Shown here piece after piece: positions 10,835-21,484 of a stretch of DNA of 64,000 nucleotides. This stretch comes from Eubacteriales bacterium (GTDB lineage: Bacteria; Bacillota; Clostridia; Oscillospirales; CAG-272). The stretch's first letter is position 1, and the number at the start of each line of letters is the position of its first letter. A program made the translations under genes and the position numbers. The stretch is taken from contig JAZRBV010000026.1 of the NCBI GenBank assembly GCA_045635225.1, positions 71,360-135,359 on the forward strand, given 5' to 3'. The notes under the pieces are model-generated. The model was not told the DNA's origin, did not search any database, and was given only the letters and a program-made list of their open reading frames with translations.

Positions 10835-12072
10835 TGGATATAAATTCCTTGCGTGAGCGTGATAATATTACCGCTTTCACGGTCACAGAGCTTAACCAAT
10901 ACGTAAAAAACTTAATAGATGGCAACAGAACGTTGTCTGCCGTAACGGTGAAGGGCGAGATATCCAACTTCACAAGCCATCGCTCAGGGCATCTGTATTT
11001 TTCTCTTAAGGATGCCGAGGGGCAGATACGATGTGTGATGTTCCGTTCTTCCGCCGCGAGGCTGAAATTTATGCCGGAGTCCGGTATGAAGGTCATACTT
11101 CACGGTCAGCTTACGGTTTACACGCGCGACGGTTCGTATCAGCTATATGCATCGTCGATGCAACCCGACGGTCTCGGTGCGCTCTACCTTGCTTATGAGC
11201 AGATGAAGGCGAGACTTACCGAGGAGGGACTCTTTGACGAGGCTTATAAAAAGCCGATACCCGCGTTTCCGCGCAGTATAGGTGTTATCACGTCGCCTAC
11301 CGGTGCAGCTGTGCGAGATATACTCAACGTCAGCGGAAGACGCTATCCGCTTGCCAACGTGTATATTTATCCCGCGCTTGTTCAGGGCGAGGGAGCAGAG
11401 CGCACGCTGATCGACGGTGTAGATTATTTTGACAGATCAGGTCTCGTCGACGTTGTGATCATAGGGCGAGGGGGCGGATCTATTGAGGATCTGTGGGCGT
11501 TCAACAGTGAACAGCTTGCCAGACGCATTTTCTCAGCAACCGTACCGATAATTTCCGCAGTTGGTCACGAGACAGATTTCACTATATGCGATTTCGTATC
11601 CGACCTGCGTGCGCCTACGCCCTCTGCCGCTGCAGAGCTGGCGCTCCCGGATGTCGGGGATATTATGCTGAGAATAGACGGATTTTACGATAGATGTGAG
11701 CGTGCACTCGAGAGGCGTGCCGAGCGCGCGAGGGAACGCTTTGAGCGACTTGGCGTGGACGGTCTTTGTGACGTTGTCAACAACTTGGTTGCAAAAAAAC
11801 GTGACGAGGCTACGACACTCTACAATACAGCGGAAGCGATCGTAAGCCAAAAAATCGCAGATGGACGTAACTGCCTCGCTTTAAATGCCGAAAAAGCGAA
11901 TGCGATGAATCCTATGTCGGTTTTGACACGCGGTTATTCAATTGCAGAGGGCTCTTGCGGTGTCATTACCTCAACAAACGACGTTTCGCGGGACGAGTGC
12001 ATAAGAGTGCGTCTTTCCGACGGCTCAATTTTTGCGACAGTAACCGAGGTGCGGGATACGGATAAGACCTGA
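10834..12072 (+). CDS. xseA: Exodeoxyribonuclease VII large subunit
   Basis: An OB-fold N-terminus (TVTELNQYVKNLI...VKGEISNF..H.SGHLYFSLKD) and ...GRGGGSIEDLW.FN. Followed by xseB. Confidence 0.93.
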   Translation: MDINSLRERDNITAFTVTELNQYVKNLIDGNRTLSAVTVKGEISNFTSHRSGHLYFSLKDAEGQIRCVMFRSSAARLKFMPESGMKVILHGQLTVYTRDGSYQLYASSMQPDGLGALYLAYEQMKARLTEEGLFDEAYKKPIPAFPRSIGVITSPTGAAVRDILNVSGRRYPLANVYIYPALVQGEGAERTLIDGVDYFDRSGLVDVVIIGRGGGSIEDLWAFNSEQLARRIFSATVPIISAVGHETDFTICDFVSDLRAPTPSAAAELALPDVGDIMLRIDGFYDRCERALERRAERARERFERLGVDGLCDVVNNLVAKKRDEATTLYNTAEAIVSQKIADGRNCLALNAEKANAMNPMSVLTRGYSIAEGSCGVITSTNDVSRDECIRVRLSDGSIFATVTEVRDTDKT

Positions 12073-12105
12073 TCTCTCACCGAAACACTTTTTTCGGAGA
12101 TAATT

Positions 12106-12342
12106 ATGAAGAAAAATATAACCTTTGAAGAAGCTATGACAAAGCTTGAGGATAGTGTCCACAAGCTTGAGAGTGGAAATATGTCTCTCGACGAGTCGCT
12201 CGCCGCATTCGAGGAGGCGGTTGCGCTTGTCAGGATCTGCAACGAGAAGCTTGAGTCGGCAGAGCGCCGGGTTCGTATACTCGTTGATAATGCGGGTGAG
12301 ATAACCGACCGCGCGTTTGACGGAGCGGACGATGAGGCTTGA
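12106..12342 (+). CDS. xseB: Exodeoxyribonuclease VII small subunit
   Basis: 78 aa. FEEAMTKLE..V.KLESG..SLDESL..FEEG-like sequence. Confidence 0.9.
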   Translation: MKKNITFEEAMTKLEDSVHKLESGNMSLDESLAAFEEAVALVRICNEKLESAERRVRILVDNAGEITDRAFDGADDEA

Positions 12343-13069
12343 TCTTTATCTTGTCGAATCGGCGCTTGCCGACAGCAGAACTGTCGCAAAGCGACTGATA
12401 GAGTCCGGTGCGGTCACTGTTGACGGAAAAGCCATGAAGAAGCCCTCATATGACGTAGTGGGTAGCGAAGACGTGTCCGTAGATACGAGCGGTATCAGGT
12501 TCGTCAGTCGCGGTGGCTTTAAGCTTGAAGGCGCTCTTGATAACTTTTCGGTTTCGGTGACGGGTCGCACAGCTCTTGATGTAGGCGCATCAAGCGGAGG
12601 CTTTACCGACTGCTTGCTTCAGCGCGGTGTGTCTCACGTTATTGCTGTCGATTCAGGTAGCGGGCAGATGGCTGAATTACTTCGACGTGATCCAAGGGTT
12701 ACCGTCGTCGAAAATTACAATGCGCGTTATATGTCTCCGTCGGATTTTGCCGTCACGCCGGATCTTGCCGTTATGGATGTATCCTTTATTTCGGCTAAGC
12801 TGATCATTCCTGCGGTATATTCCGTCCTCAATGACGGTTCAGACTTTATCTGTCTTATAAAGCCTCAATTTGAGGTTGGTAGATCCGGTCTGGGTAAGGG
12901 CGGTATTGTCAAGGATAAAAAGCTTCGTTCGGAAGCAGTGAACGGTGTGATAGATTTTGCCGTTGCTTGCGGATTTAAGCTTTTAGGGCTCATAGAATCA
13001 CCGATACTCGGAGGTGACGGCAACACGGAGTATCTTGCGCATTTCAAAAAAGGAGGCGGTCCTCTATGA
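12332..13069 (+). CDS. tlyA: TlyA-family rRNA 2'-O-ribose methyltransferase (S4 + FtsJ domains)
   Basis: MRLDLYLV......R..AK.LI..G.V.VDGK, then LDVGASSGGFTD. Confidence 0.88.
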   Translation: MRLDLYLVESALADSRTVAKRLIESGAVTVDGKAMKKPSYDVVGSEDVSVDTSGIRFVSRGGFKLEGALDNFSVSVTGRTALDVGASSGGFTDCLLQRGVSHVIAVDSGSGQMAELLRRDPRVTVVENYNARYMSPSDFAVTPDLAVMDVSFISAKLIIPAVYSVLNDGSDFICLIKPQFEVGRSGLGKGGIVKDKKLRSEAVNGVIDFAVACGFKLLGLIESPILGGDGNTEYLAHFKKGGGPL

Positions 13070-13920
13070 AAAAAGCAATAATAGTACCCAATAGAACGAA
13101 GGATCGTGATCTTGCAGTCACCTCTGAGGTGATCGCGGAGCTTACCCGTCTCGGTATCTATTCATATATTAATAGTGAGCATTCATCATTCAATATCGAC
13201 GGTGCATGTTTTTACGATAATCCTCCGACCGATGCCGATATTATGATCGTCGTCGGCGGAGACGGATCGATAATTGATGCATCCGCACTTGCGCTCTCGC
13301 TCGGATTGCCGATCCTGGGTGTAAATCTGGGCAGAGTAGGCTATCTAAGTGAGATAGAGCCTGCGAATCTCAGCCGTCTTTCCGCACTGATACACGGCGG
13401 ATATACGGTAGAGGAGCGTATGCTTATAAAGTGTGCTAAATTCAGCTCTGACGGCACACTCGTTTCGGAGTCGAACCCCGCGGTAAACGATATCGTCGTA
13501 TCGCATAAGGAATACTTCGGTATAGGTGAGATGCGCGTTTCCGATTCTCACGGCGATTCGGTTAAATATCGCGCAGACGGTGTTATAGCCTCTACACCAA
13601 CCGGATCGACGGCGTATTCGCTCTCGGCGGGCGGTCCGATAGTTGCTCATCATCTCGAGGCTATTACCGTAACGCCGGTGTGTCCTCATTCATTCTTCAA
13701 CCGTGCGATCGTTTTTGGCGCCGACGAGCGCATCACGGTCACGAACGTTGCCGCCGCGCTGAATATCAGCGTTGACGGAAGGTATTTCGACACTTTGGAA
13801 TCGGGTGAGTTCATACGGGTATCGTGCTGCGACGAACGACTTCGCATTATCACGTTTACCGAAAATAATATGTTCTCAACGCTTTCCGTTAAGATCAAGA
13901 CTTTGGAGGACACTCTGTAA
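13066..13920 (+). CDS. nadK: NAD kinase
   Basis: GGDGS motif, NLGRVGYL, and the conserved ...STPTGSTAYSLSAGGP. Confidence 0.93.
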   Translation: MKKAIIVPNRTKDRDLAVTSEVIAELTRLGIYSYINSEHSSFNIDGACFYDNPPTDADIMIVVGGDGSIIDASALALSLGLPILGVNLGRVGYLSEIEPANLSRLSALIHGGYTVEERMLIKCAKFSSDGTLVSESNPAVNDIVVSHKEYFGIGEMRVSDSHGDSVKYRADGVIASTPTGSTAYSLSAGGPIVAHHLEAITVTPVCPHSFFNRAIVFGADERITVTNVAAALNISVDGRYFDTLESGEFIRVSCCDERLRIITFTENNMFSTLSVKIKTLEDTL

Positions 13921-13946
13921 TACTGTGACCTCGGAAAGGAAATAAT

Positions 13947-14405
13947 ATGAAAAACGCACGACAGCAGAAAATATTAGAGCTCATAGAAAAGTACGAGATA
14001 GACACTCAGGAGACGCTGATAAAGCGACTTGCTGAGGTAGGATATAATGTAACGCAGACTACGGCTTCGCGCGATATAAAGCAGCTTAATCTTGTGAAGG
14101 GTGTAACGGAGGTCGGCACGTATAAATATGTCGCTCCCGAGGCGAGACAAGGAGACCTGCGCGTTCCCGTTCTCAATTCTGCTATTACCGATGCGGTTAC
14201 CAAAATAGACACCGCATGCAATATAATAGTTGTTAAGACCTTTTCAGGTATGGCCAACGCTATTGCCGTATGCATAGATTCTCTTCATCACGAGAATATC
14301 GTAGGCAGTGTTGCGGGCGACGATACCGTTTTGCTCGTCTTGAAGAGCAACGAGCTGGCAGATCAGCTTGCAGAGGAGCTAAAGGCAGCGTTTGGAAAAA
14401 AATAA
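13947..14405 (+). CDS. argR: Arginine repressor
   Basis: RQQKILELI....I.TQE.L...L...G..VTQ.T.SRDIK.L, plus a C-terminal GT.AGDDT-like motif (VAGDDTVL). Confidence 0.92.
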   Translation: MKNARQQKILELIEKYEIDTQETLIKRLAEVGYNVTQTTASRDIKQLNLVKGVTEVGTYKYVAPEARQGDLRVPVLNSAITDAVTKIDTACNIIVVKTFSGMANAIAVCIDSLHHENIVGSVAGDDTVLLVLKSNELADQLAEELKAAFGKK

Positions 14406-14420
14406 TTTCGGGAGAATACT

Positions 14421-16115
14421 ATGTTACTCTCATTACATATCGAAAATATTGCGGTAATCAAATGCGTGGATTTTGATTTCCGCCCAGGTTTTATGGTGCT
14501 TACCGGTGAGACGGGTGCCGGAAAATCTATAGTGATCGACAGTATAAATCTGCTTCTCGGTGCTAAGTCTGAGCGCGAGCTCATACGCACCGGTGCCCCA
14601 TCCGCTATGGTTAGCGGACTTTTTGGCGATCTCTCCGACGGTATCACTGCAAGACTTTCAGACATTGGTATCGATATCGGCGAGGACGGCACAATTCTCG
14701 TTCAGCGCATATTGACATCTGACGGTCGCTCAAAAATTAACGTAAACGGCAGAACGGTGAGTCTCGCACTGCTCAAGAGCATTACGCCTCTTTTGGTAAA
14801 TATCCACGGTCAGAGCGACACCGCGTCGCTTATGGATTCGAAAAATCATCTTGAGCTTCTCGATACCTATGCTAAAAACGGAGATATTCTCTCAGAATAC
14901 TCCTCAGCGTACGCAGAACTTGAAGCTATAAGGCGCGAGATATCGGATATCACAGCAAAGGCGCGTGAGAGCGCCAGACTTAAGGAGATACTCGAATATC
15001 AGATAGCAGACATCGACTCGCTTTCTCTTCGCGACGGTGAAGAGGATGAGCTTATCGAGAAAAAGGTTAAGATCAAAAACAGCGAGAAGATCACTCGCAA
15101 CTCCGAGTTCGTCTTCAAGGCTCTTAAGGGAAGTGAGAAGGGAAGCGTTTCGTATCTTCTTGACCGCAGCGTGACCGCTCTATCTCAGCTTGCTGATGTT
15201 GTTCCAAATTACAGAGAGTATTCCGAGCGCCTTCGCGACGTACTTTATCAGGTCGATGATATAGCCGAGGAGGTCTACGCAGTTCTTGGTGATTCGGAGG
15301 GGGATCCCGAGGACGCTCTGAACAAAATCGAAGCACGCCTCGATAAGATATCGAAGCTTAAGAGGAAATACGGACTTACCGTATCCGCGGTGCTTGCTTT
15401 CCGCGATAAGGCGGTGGCGGATCTTGAGACTCTCGAGAATTCCGATGCACTTCTGAAGTCTCTTGTCAATAAAGAGCGTGCCGCTTATAAACGGGCTCTG
15501 TCACTGGCGGATAAGCTTCACGATTCGAGAGCTATGGCATCGAAGGGGCTTGAAGGCGCGGTGAAAGAAACACTTGAATTTCTCGATATGCCGAAGGTCG
15601 TCTTCTTCGTATCGATGCGTGAGCAATATTCGGGCGAGGATAAGGTTCTTACACCGTATGGCTCTGATACTGTGGAGTTTTATATAAGCGCAAACAGAGG
15701 CTCTGACGCCCAGCCTCTGTCAAAGATTGCCTCGGGCGGCGAGCTTTCGAGAATAATGCTTGCACTAAAGAGCGTTATTGCCGACAAGGACGGTATTCCA
15801 ACCATCATATACGACGAGATCGATGCGGGAGTATCCGGTAAGACTGCACGCAAGATCGGTATAAAAATGCTTGATCTCTCAAAAAGTGCTCAACTTTTCT
15901 GCGTCACCCACAGTGCGCAGATTGCATCTCTTGCGGATCTGCATTTTCTTATCAGTAAATCGGATATCAACGGTGCTACCGAGACCGGTGTGCGCGAGCT
16001 TGATATGGACGGCAGAGTGGCTGAGCTCTCGAGAATACTCGGAGGTATAGATATAACCGAGTCTCAACGCGCTGCGGCTATTGACATGCTGAGCGACAGA
16101 GAAAAATTTATTTAA
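14421..16115 (+). CDS. recN: DNA repair protein RecN
   Basis: MLLSLHIENIAVI...LTGETGAGKSI and C-terminal SGGELSRI...IYDEIDAGVSG. Confidence 0.95.
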   Translation: MLLSLHIENIAVIKCVDFDFRPGFMVLTGETGAGKSIVIDSINLLLGAKSERELIRTGAPSAMVSGLFGDLSDGITARLSDIGIDIGEDGTILVQRILTSDGRSKINVNGRTVSLALLKSITPLLVNIHGQSDTASLMDSKNHLELLDTYAKNGDILSEYSSAYAELEAIRREISDITAKARESARLKEILEYQIADIDSLSLRDGEEDELIEKKVKIKNSEKITRNSEFVFKALKGSEKGSVSYLLDRSVTALSQLADVVPNYREYSERLRDVLYQVDDIAEEVYAVLGDSEGDPEDALNKIEARLDKISKLKRKYGLTVSAVLAFRDKAVADLETLENSDALLKSLVNKERAAYKRALSLADKLHDSRAMASKGLEGAVKETLEFLDMPKVVFFVSMREQYSGEDKVLTPYGSDTVEFYISANRGSDAQPLSKIASGGELSRIMLALKSVIADKDGIPTIIYDEIDAGVSGKTARKIGIKMLDLSKSAQLFCVTHSAQIASLADLHFLISKSDINGATETGVRELDMDGRVAELSRILGGIDITESQRAAAIDMLSDREKFI

Positions 16116-16125
16116 GCGAGGTTTC

Positions 16126-17040
16126 ATGCTTGAGTTAATTTCGGATTACCTCAAAATGCATGACGTTGAATGTTATTTTAATTTCGATCTCTCGGCCATC
16201 TCCACTGTGAGAATAGGCGGTGTGGCTCGTGCGGTTGCGTATCCCGATACGGTAGATAAACTTATAAAAACTGTGGATTTATGCAACAAATATAAAATTC
16301 GCTTTAAAATTCTGGGCAGAATGTCTAATGTTCTTTTTTGTAATAAAATCTACGCCGGTATTATAATCAAGACTGATAGGCTATCTAGGTTTTCTGTTTG
16401 CGGCAACCGTGTTAACGCTTTGGCAGGTTGCTCATTGCCTGCGCTCTCACGCAGCGCATTGATAGCATCGCTTTCGGGGCTCGAGGAGCTATCCGGTATT
16501 CCTTCCTCGCTCGGCGGAGCTGTGCACGGCAACGCGGGCGCATTTTCAAGGAGTATCTCCGAACTTATCGAGAGTGTAAGATTGCTTGATACAAGAACAC
16601 TTGAAGATATTGAGGTTGATTGTGCTGAACTGAATTTTGATTACCGAAGCTCTATTTTGAAGCGAATGCCCGAGTTGGTGGTGACAGAGGTGCGACTTTT
16701 GCTTATACCGTCGGACAGCGATAAGATGCGTTCACGCATCGACGAGGTCAGACGTATCAGAAATGCGACGCAACCGACCGATAAACCGTCCTTAGGTTCT
16801 GTGTTTAAACGTTACGGAAGCGTGAGTGCGGGCGAACTGATCGATAAAGCAGGACTTAAAGGATTGCGTATCGGCGGTGCGGAGATTTCCTCAAAGCACG
16901 CGGGATTTATCATCAACGCGGGGGGTGCTGATGCTGATGATTATATCGCCGTGATGAATAAAGCGCGAGAGGCGGTCAGAGAACGTTTTTCGGTTTTGCT
17001 TGAGCCGGAGATAGAAACTGTAAATTTTACGGAGGATTGA
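16126..17040 (+). CDS. murB: UDP-N-acetylenolpyruvoylglucosamine reductase
   Basis: FAD-binding N-terminus (..RIGG.A...)...ILG.MSNVL and C-terminal GS.FKR...AG.LI...GLKG.RIGGA. Confidence 0.9.
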   Translation: MLELISDYLKMHDVECYFNFDLSAISTVRIGGVARAVAYPDTVDKLIKTVDLCNKYKIRFKILGRMSNVLFCNKIYAGIIIKTDRLSRFSVCGNRVNALAGCSLPALSRSALIASLSGLEELSGIPSSLGGAVHGNAGAFSRSISELIESVRLLDTRTLEDIEVDCAELNFDYRSSILKRMPELVVTEVRLLLIPSDSDKMRSRIDEVRRIRNATQPTDKPSLGSVFKRYGSVSAGELIDKAGLKGLRIGGAEISSKHAGFIINAGGADADDYIAVMNKAREAVRERFSVLLEPEIETVNFTED

Positions 17041-17041
17041 A

Positions 17042-17920
17042 ATGTCTTTTGCATCTGAGCAGAAGGATTCCATCATAAATCATACTTACAAATCTGCCTG
17101 CTGCAGGCGCGCGTTGCTGAGCGGCGCACTGTTTGCGAAGGGCGGCATTGACGGTGAGATACGCCTGACCGCGCCAAAACAGAATATAGCTGAGTTTTTG
17201 TATCGGCTTATACTCGAGACCTACGGTCAGGACGCAGATATCTTTACCGAGGATACGGGCGGCAGAAAGCTTAACGTTAGTTTTAATTCAAAATCTGCCG
17301 CGAATTATATTCGAAATATCGATAAAGGTGCGGAATTTTTCAGCGAAAAATGTGATACGTGCCTCTCTTCGTTTCTGCGAGGAGTCTTCCTCGTTGCCGG
17401 CAGAGCTTCTGATCCCACAAAGCAATATTTGCTTGAATTTTCGGTTGGTGAGAGAACCGAGGCGTTTTCCTGCTTTTTGTCGGGTCTCGGCCTTTCTCCG
17501 CACATTACAGATCGCTCCGGTGAAAGAATAATATATTTTAAGAACAGCAATGATATCGAGGATTTTTACGGCCACGCAGGTCTTAACTCGGCGCTGTTTA
17601 CAGTCCTCGATGCAAAAGCCGAGGGCGAGCTTCGCAAGAGTGCTATGAGGCTTGCAAACTGTGAAACCAACAATATCGTCAAAGCAGTTGCGGCGGCACA
17701 GCGTCAGCTCGAGGTTATAGAGGCGCTTGACCGTGCAGATCTTCTCTCGCTTTTGCCTGAGGAACTCGAGACGACGGCGAGGCTGCGTATGCAATATGCA
17801 GATTACAGTCTTGCTCAACTGGCACAGGTCTCGGTGCCACCTATATCCAAGCCCGGACTTTCACACCGACTCAAAAAAATAATTGAGATCGGTGAGCAAA
17901 TACTTGAAAATAAAAAGTGA
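17042..17920 (+). CDS. whiA: DNA-binding sporulation/cell-division regulator WhiA
   Basis: MSFASEQKDSII......CCRRALLSG, a LAGLIDADG-like middle region, and a C-terminal HTH (LSHRLKKI). Confidence 0.9.
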   Translation: MSFASEQKDSIINHTYKSACCRRALLSGALFAKGGIDGEIRLTAPKQNIAEFLYRLILETYGQDADIFTEDTGGRKLNVSFNSKSAANYIRNIDKGAEFFSEKCDTCLSSFLRGVFLVAGRASDPTKQYLLEFSVGERTEAFSCFLSGLGLSPHITDRSGERIIYFKNSNDIEDFYGHAGLNSALFTVLDAKAEGELRKSAMRLANCETNNIVKAVAAAQRQLEVIEALDRADLLSLLPEELETTARLRMQYADYSLAQLAQVSVPPISKPGLSHRLKKIIEIGEQILENKK

Positions 17921-17931
17921 GGAGAGCTGCG

Positions 17932-20900
17932 ATGGGTGATTTCGTTCATCTTCATCTTCATACGGAATACAGTCTGCTGGACGGCGCGACAAAGATAGCC
18001 ACCATCGCAGATAAAGCGATCGCCGAGGGGCAGGATGCTGTAGCTATCACTGACCATGGAGTTATGTACGGTGCGGTAGAGTTTTACAACTCTCTAAAAA
18101 GCAAGGGTGTTAAGCCGATCATCGGTTGTGAGGTTTACGTCTCTGCGCGAGGCCGCCATCTGAAGGAGGGAAAGCTTGATAATTCCGGCCACCACTTGAT
18201 CCTTCTTTGTAAAAATGAGATAGGCTACAAAAATCTTTGCTATATGGTCTCGATGAGCTTTATTGACGGCTTTTATTCCAAGCCGCGTGTAGATATGGAT
18301 CTCATACGTGAGCATCACGAGGGGCTTATAGCGCTTTCCGCCTGCGTAGCGGGAAAAATACCGCAACTGATCCTTGCCGGAAGCATGCAAGAGGCGGAGA
18401 ATTATGCTCTTGAGATGAAAACTCTCTTCGGCGACGATTTTTATCTTGAGATACAGAACCACGGACTTGACGACGAACGCAGGATAGCCTACGGTATACG
18501 TATCTTAAGCGAAAAGCTGGGTATACCCATGGTAGCGACCAACGATGTTCACTATCTCGAACGCCGCGATGCCGATACTCAGGCGACGCTGATGTGTATT
18601 CAAATGAATACAAGCATCGGTGAGGGCAGACCTCTCGGCTTTGAGACAGACGAGTTTTACTTCAAGAGCACCGCAGAAATGAAAGTCCTTTTTGCTTCAT
18701 TCAAGGGTGCGATAGAAAATACCGTCAAGATTGCAGAGAAATGTAATTTTGATTTTGAATTTGATAAGCTTCATCTTCCCGATTTCGTTTCCGAGGACGG
18801 CCTCTCGCATAAGGACAAGCTACGCAGCGATGCCTATCTCGGCTTCGACCGACTTGTTTCGGAGGGAAGGATCACGTTTGATAAAGCACCGAGGGAGGCG
18901 TACTGTGAGCGTATAGAGTACGAGCTTTCGGTCATAGATAAAATGGGCTTCAACGCTTACTATCTCATAGTCAGCGATTTCGTCGCGTTTGCCAAGCGCA
19001 GCGATATACCTGTCGGTCCGGGCAGAGGCTCGGGTGCGGGAAGCCTTGTTGCCTTTCTCGTCGGTATCACCGACGTTGATCCCATTGCATTCAATCTTCT
19101 TTTTGAGAGATTTCTCAATCCTGAGAGAGTCTCAATGCCCGATTTTGATATTGACTTCTGCTATAACAGGCGTGAGGAGGTAATTGATTACGTTAAGCGC
19201 CGCTACGGAGATGATAAGGTTGCGCAGATCGTTACCTTTGGTACGCTTGCACCGCGCGCCGCTGTACGTGATGTCGGAAGAGCTCTCGATATGCCATACA
19301 GCAGAGTTGATACAGTCGCTAAGCTGATCTCGCACGAATTTGCAACGCTTGAGGCTGCGATTGCTACGACTGAGTTGAAGGAGCTGTACCAAAAGGACGA
19401 GGACATCAGACGCCTCGTCGATGTCAGTATGCAGCTAGAGGGTATGCCGCGTCATGCATCTACGCATGCGGCCGGCGTGGTGATCACGGAACGACCGACC
19501 TACGAATACGTTCCGCTATCCGGTAGCGGTACCGGTATTGTAACACAGTTCGATATGAATACCGATGCAGCACTCGGACTCGTTAAGTTCGATTTCCTAG
19601 GTCTCAGGTATCTTACGGTAATACATGATGCCGAGCTCGCTATCCGCGAGCGGGTAGTGGATTTCGATATTCGACGCGTACCGCTTGACGATTCCGAAAC
19701 TTTAAAGCTTCTGTGTGACGCTCGTACCGACGGAGTTTTCCAGCTCGAGTCCGGCGGAATGAAGCAGGTGCTGACAAAGCTTGCGCCCGGATGCCTTGAG
19801 GATATCATAGCCTGCATCGCCTTATACCGACCGGGACCTATGGATTCGATAGACACCTTTATTGCCCGTAAGCATGGTAAGCTTGACGTTGAATACCGCG
19901 TTCCGGAGCTTGCTGATATTCTTGACGTCACCTACGGATGTATAGTTTACCAGGAGCAGGTAATGCAGATATGCAGAAGCCTCGCCGGGTATTCTTATGC
20001 AAAAGCCGACAACGTACGCCGTGCTATGTCGAAGAAAAAGACTGAGGCGATGAACGCCGAGCGCGACGATTTCATCAACGGCTGTGCTGCACACGGCGTG
20101 AAACGCGAGGATGCTGAGGCGATATTCGCGGATATGGTAGGCTTTGCTAAATATGCCTTTAACAAAAGCCACGCTACGGCTTACGGTATTCTCTCGTATA
20201 GGACGGCATATCTTAAGGCACATTATCCGGCGGAGTATTTCTCGGCACTTCTTACCAGCGTGCTCGACAGCACCACGAAGGTGAGAGAGTATATCGCCGA
20301 TGCGCAACGATTTGGCGTTTCGGTCCTTTCTCCTGATATCAATACGAGCCGCGAGAGCTTCACTGTAAGCGGTGGAAATATAAGATTTGGTCTTTTGGCT
20401 ATAAAAAACGTAGGCAGAATATTTGCCGAAGCACTTATTACCGAAAGACAAAAGTCGCGATTTCTGTCGTTCGACGACTTCGTCACGCGTATGATGAATT
20501 CGGATATCAACAAGCGCACCGTAGAGAGTATGATTAAATGCGGTGTCTTCGATAGCCTGGGTGTGACGCGGAGTGCATTGATGTCATGCTATGAGGGCAT
20601 TATAGATTCAGAGCATGACAAGCTACGTAATAATATAAGCGGTCAGATGGATCTGTTTTCTACCGCGGCATCAGGAACTGCAACATCGTATGCATATCCG
20701 GTTATGGAGGAGTATCCTCTTAAGGAGCTTCTGCTTTTGGAAAAGGAGAGCTCCGGAATGTATTTTTCCGGTCACATGATCGACAGCTACTCGTCTCACG
20801 TAGCAGATATATCCCCTGTGAAGATATCCGATATTCTGGATGAGTATAAGGATGACGTGCCGGAAGGCGATCGTAGGTTTAAGGAGCGCGTGCAGGTTTC

Positions 20901-21405
20901 AATCGTGGGAATAGTATCCGCAAGAAAAACCAAGGTTAATAAAAACGGCGACACTATGGCGTTTATGACTGTGGAGGACAGATACGGTGAAATCGAGGTG
21001 GTGGTTTTTGCAAAGCAATATAAGAGCTTCTCGGATTGTACGCTTCCCGAATGCCCCGTACACGTCACTGGTACGATATCTGTAGAGGATACAGACGTTC
21101 CTAAGATACTGCTTTCGTCTGCAGAAATACTTGTGTCTAATTCTGATTATTCGATACAAAATTCAAAGCAGAATGTAGCCGCTGCAGAAAAACGCATCTA
21201 CATCAAGGTACCCTCCCTTGCTGACAACAGGATCAATAGCATCTACCGTATATCGACGCTCAATTCCGGAAACGCGCGTGTCGTGCTCTACGACAGCAGC
21301 ACGGGTAAGTACTCGGCTATGCGTGACGTTTCGGTTGATCCGTCGGATAGGGTCATGACAAGGCTTGGCGGAATATTCTCCTCGGAGAACGTTATCCTCA
21401 AATAG
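17932..21405 (+). CDS. dnaE: DNA polymerase III alpha subunit (DnaE type, N-terminal PHP domain)
   Basis: FVHLHLHTEYSLLDGA..., GRGSGAGSLVA, PDFDIDF, and an OB fold near the C-terminus. ATG at 17932 is preceded by GAGGAG. Confidence 0.96.
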   Translation: MGDFVHLHLHTEYSLLDGATKIATIADKAIAEGQDAVAITDHGVMYGAVEFYNSLKSKGVKPIIGCEVYVSARGRHLKEGKLDNSGHHLILLCKNEIGYKNLCYMVSMSFIDGFYSKPRVDMDLIREHHEGLIALSACVAGKIPQLILAGSMQEAENYALEMKTLFGDDFYLEIQNHGLDDERRIAYGIRILSEKLGIPMVATNDVHYLERRDADTQATLMCIQMNTSIGEGRPLGFETDEFYFKSTAEMKVLFASFKGAIENTVKIAEKCNFDFEFDKLHLPDFVSEDGLSHKDKLRSDAYLGFDRLVSEGRITFDKAPREAYCERIEYELSVIDKMGFNAYYLIVSDFVAFAKRSDIPVGPGRGSGAGSLVAFLVGITDVDPIAFNLLFERFLNPERVSMPDFDIDFCYNRREEVIDYVKRRYGDDKVAQIVTFGTLAPRAAVRDVGRALDMPYSRVDTVAKLISHEFATLEAAIATTELKELYQKDEDIRRLVDVSMQLEGMPRHASTHAAGVVITERPTYEYVPLSGSGTGIVTQFDMNTDAALGLVKFDFLGLRYLTVIHDAELAIRERVVDFDIRRVPLDDSETLKLLCDARTDGVFQLESGGMKQVLTKLAPGCLEDIIACIALYRPGPMDSIDTFIARKHGKLDVEYRVPELADILDVTYGCIVYQEQVMQICRSLAGYSYAKADNVRRAMSKKKTEAMNAERDDFINGCAAHGVKREDAEAIFADMVGFAKYAFNKSHATAYGILSYRTAYLKAHYPAEYFSALLTSVLDSTTKVREYIADAQRFGVSVLSPDINTSRESFTVSGGNIRFGLLAIKNVGRIFAEALITERQKSRFLSFDDFVTRMMNSDINKRTVESMIKCGVFDSLGVTRSALMSCYEGIIDSEHDKLRNNISGQMDLFSTAASGTATSYAYPVMEEYPLKELLLLEKESSGMYFSGHMIDSYSSHVADISPVKISDILDEYKDDVPEGDRRFKERVQVSIVGIVSARKTKVNKNGDTMAFMTVEDRYGEIEVVVFAKQYKSFSDCTLPECPVHVTGTISVEDTDVPKILLSSAEILVSNSDYSIQNSKQNVAAAEKRIYIKVPSLADNRINSIYRISTLNSGNARVVLYDSSTGKYSAMRDVSVDPSDRVMTRLGGIFSSENVILK

Positions 21406-21484
21406 TCTGCAATGCGTTATTTATTCACCGTACTGCGGTGATCAGATAAATTAAAAAACATACAAAAAGAAAGGGAACAATCTT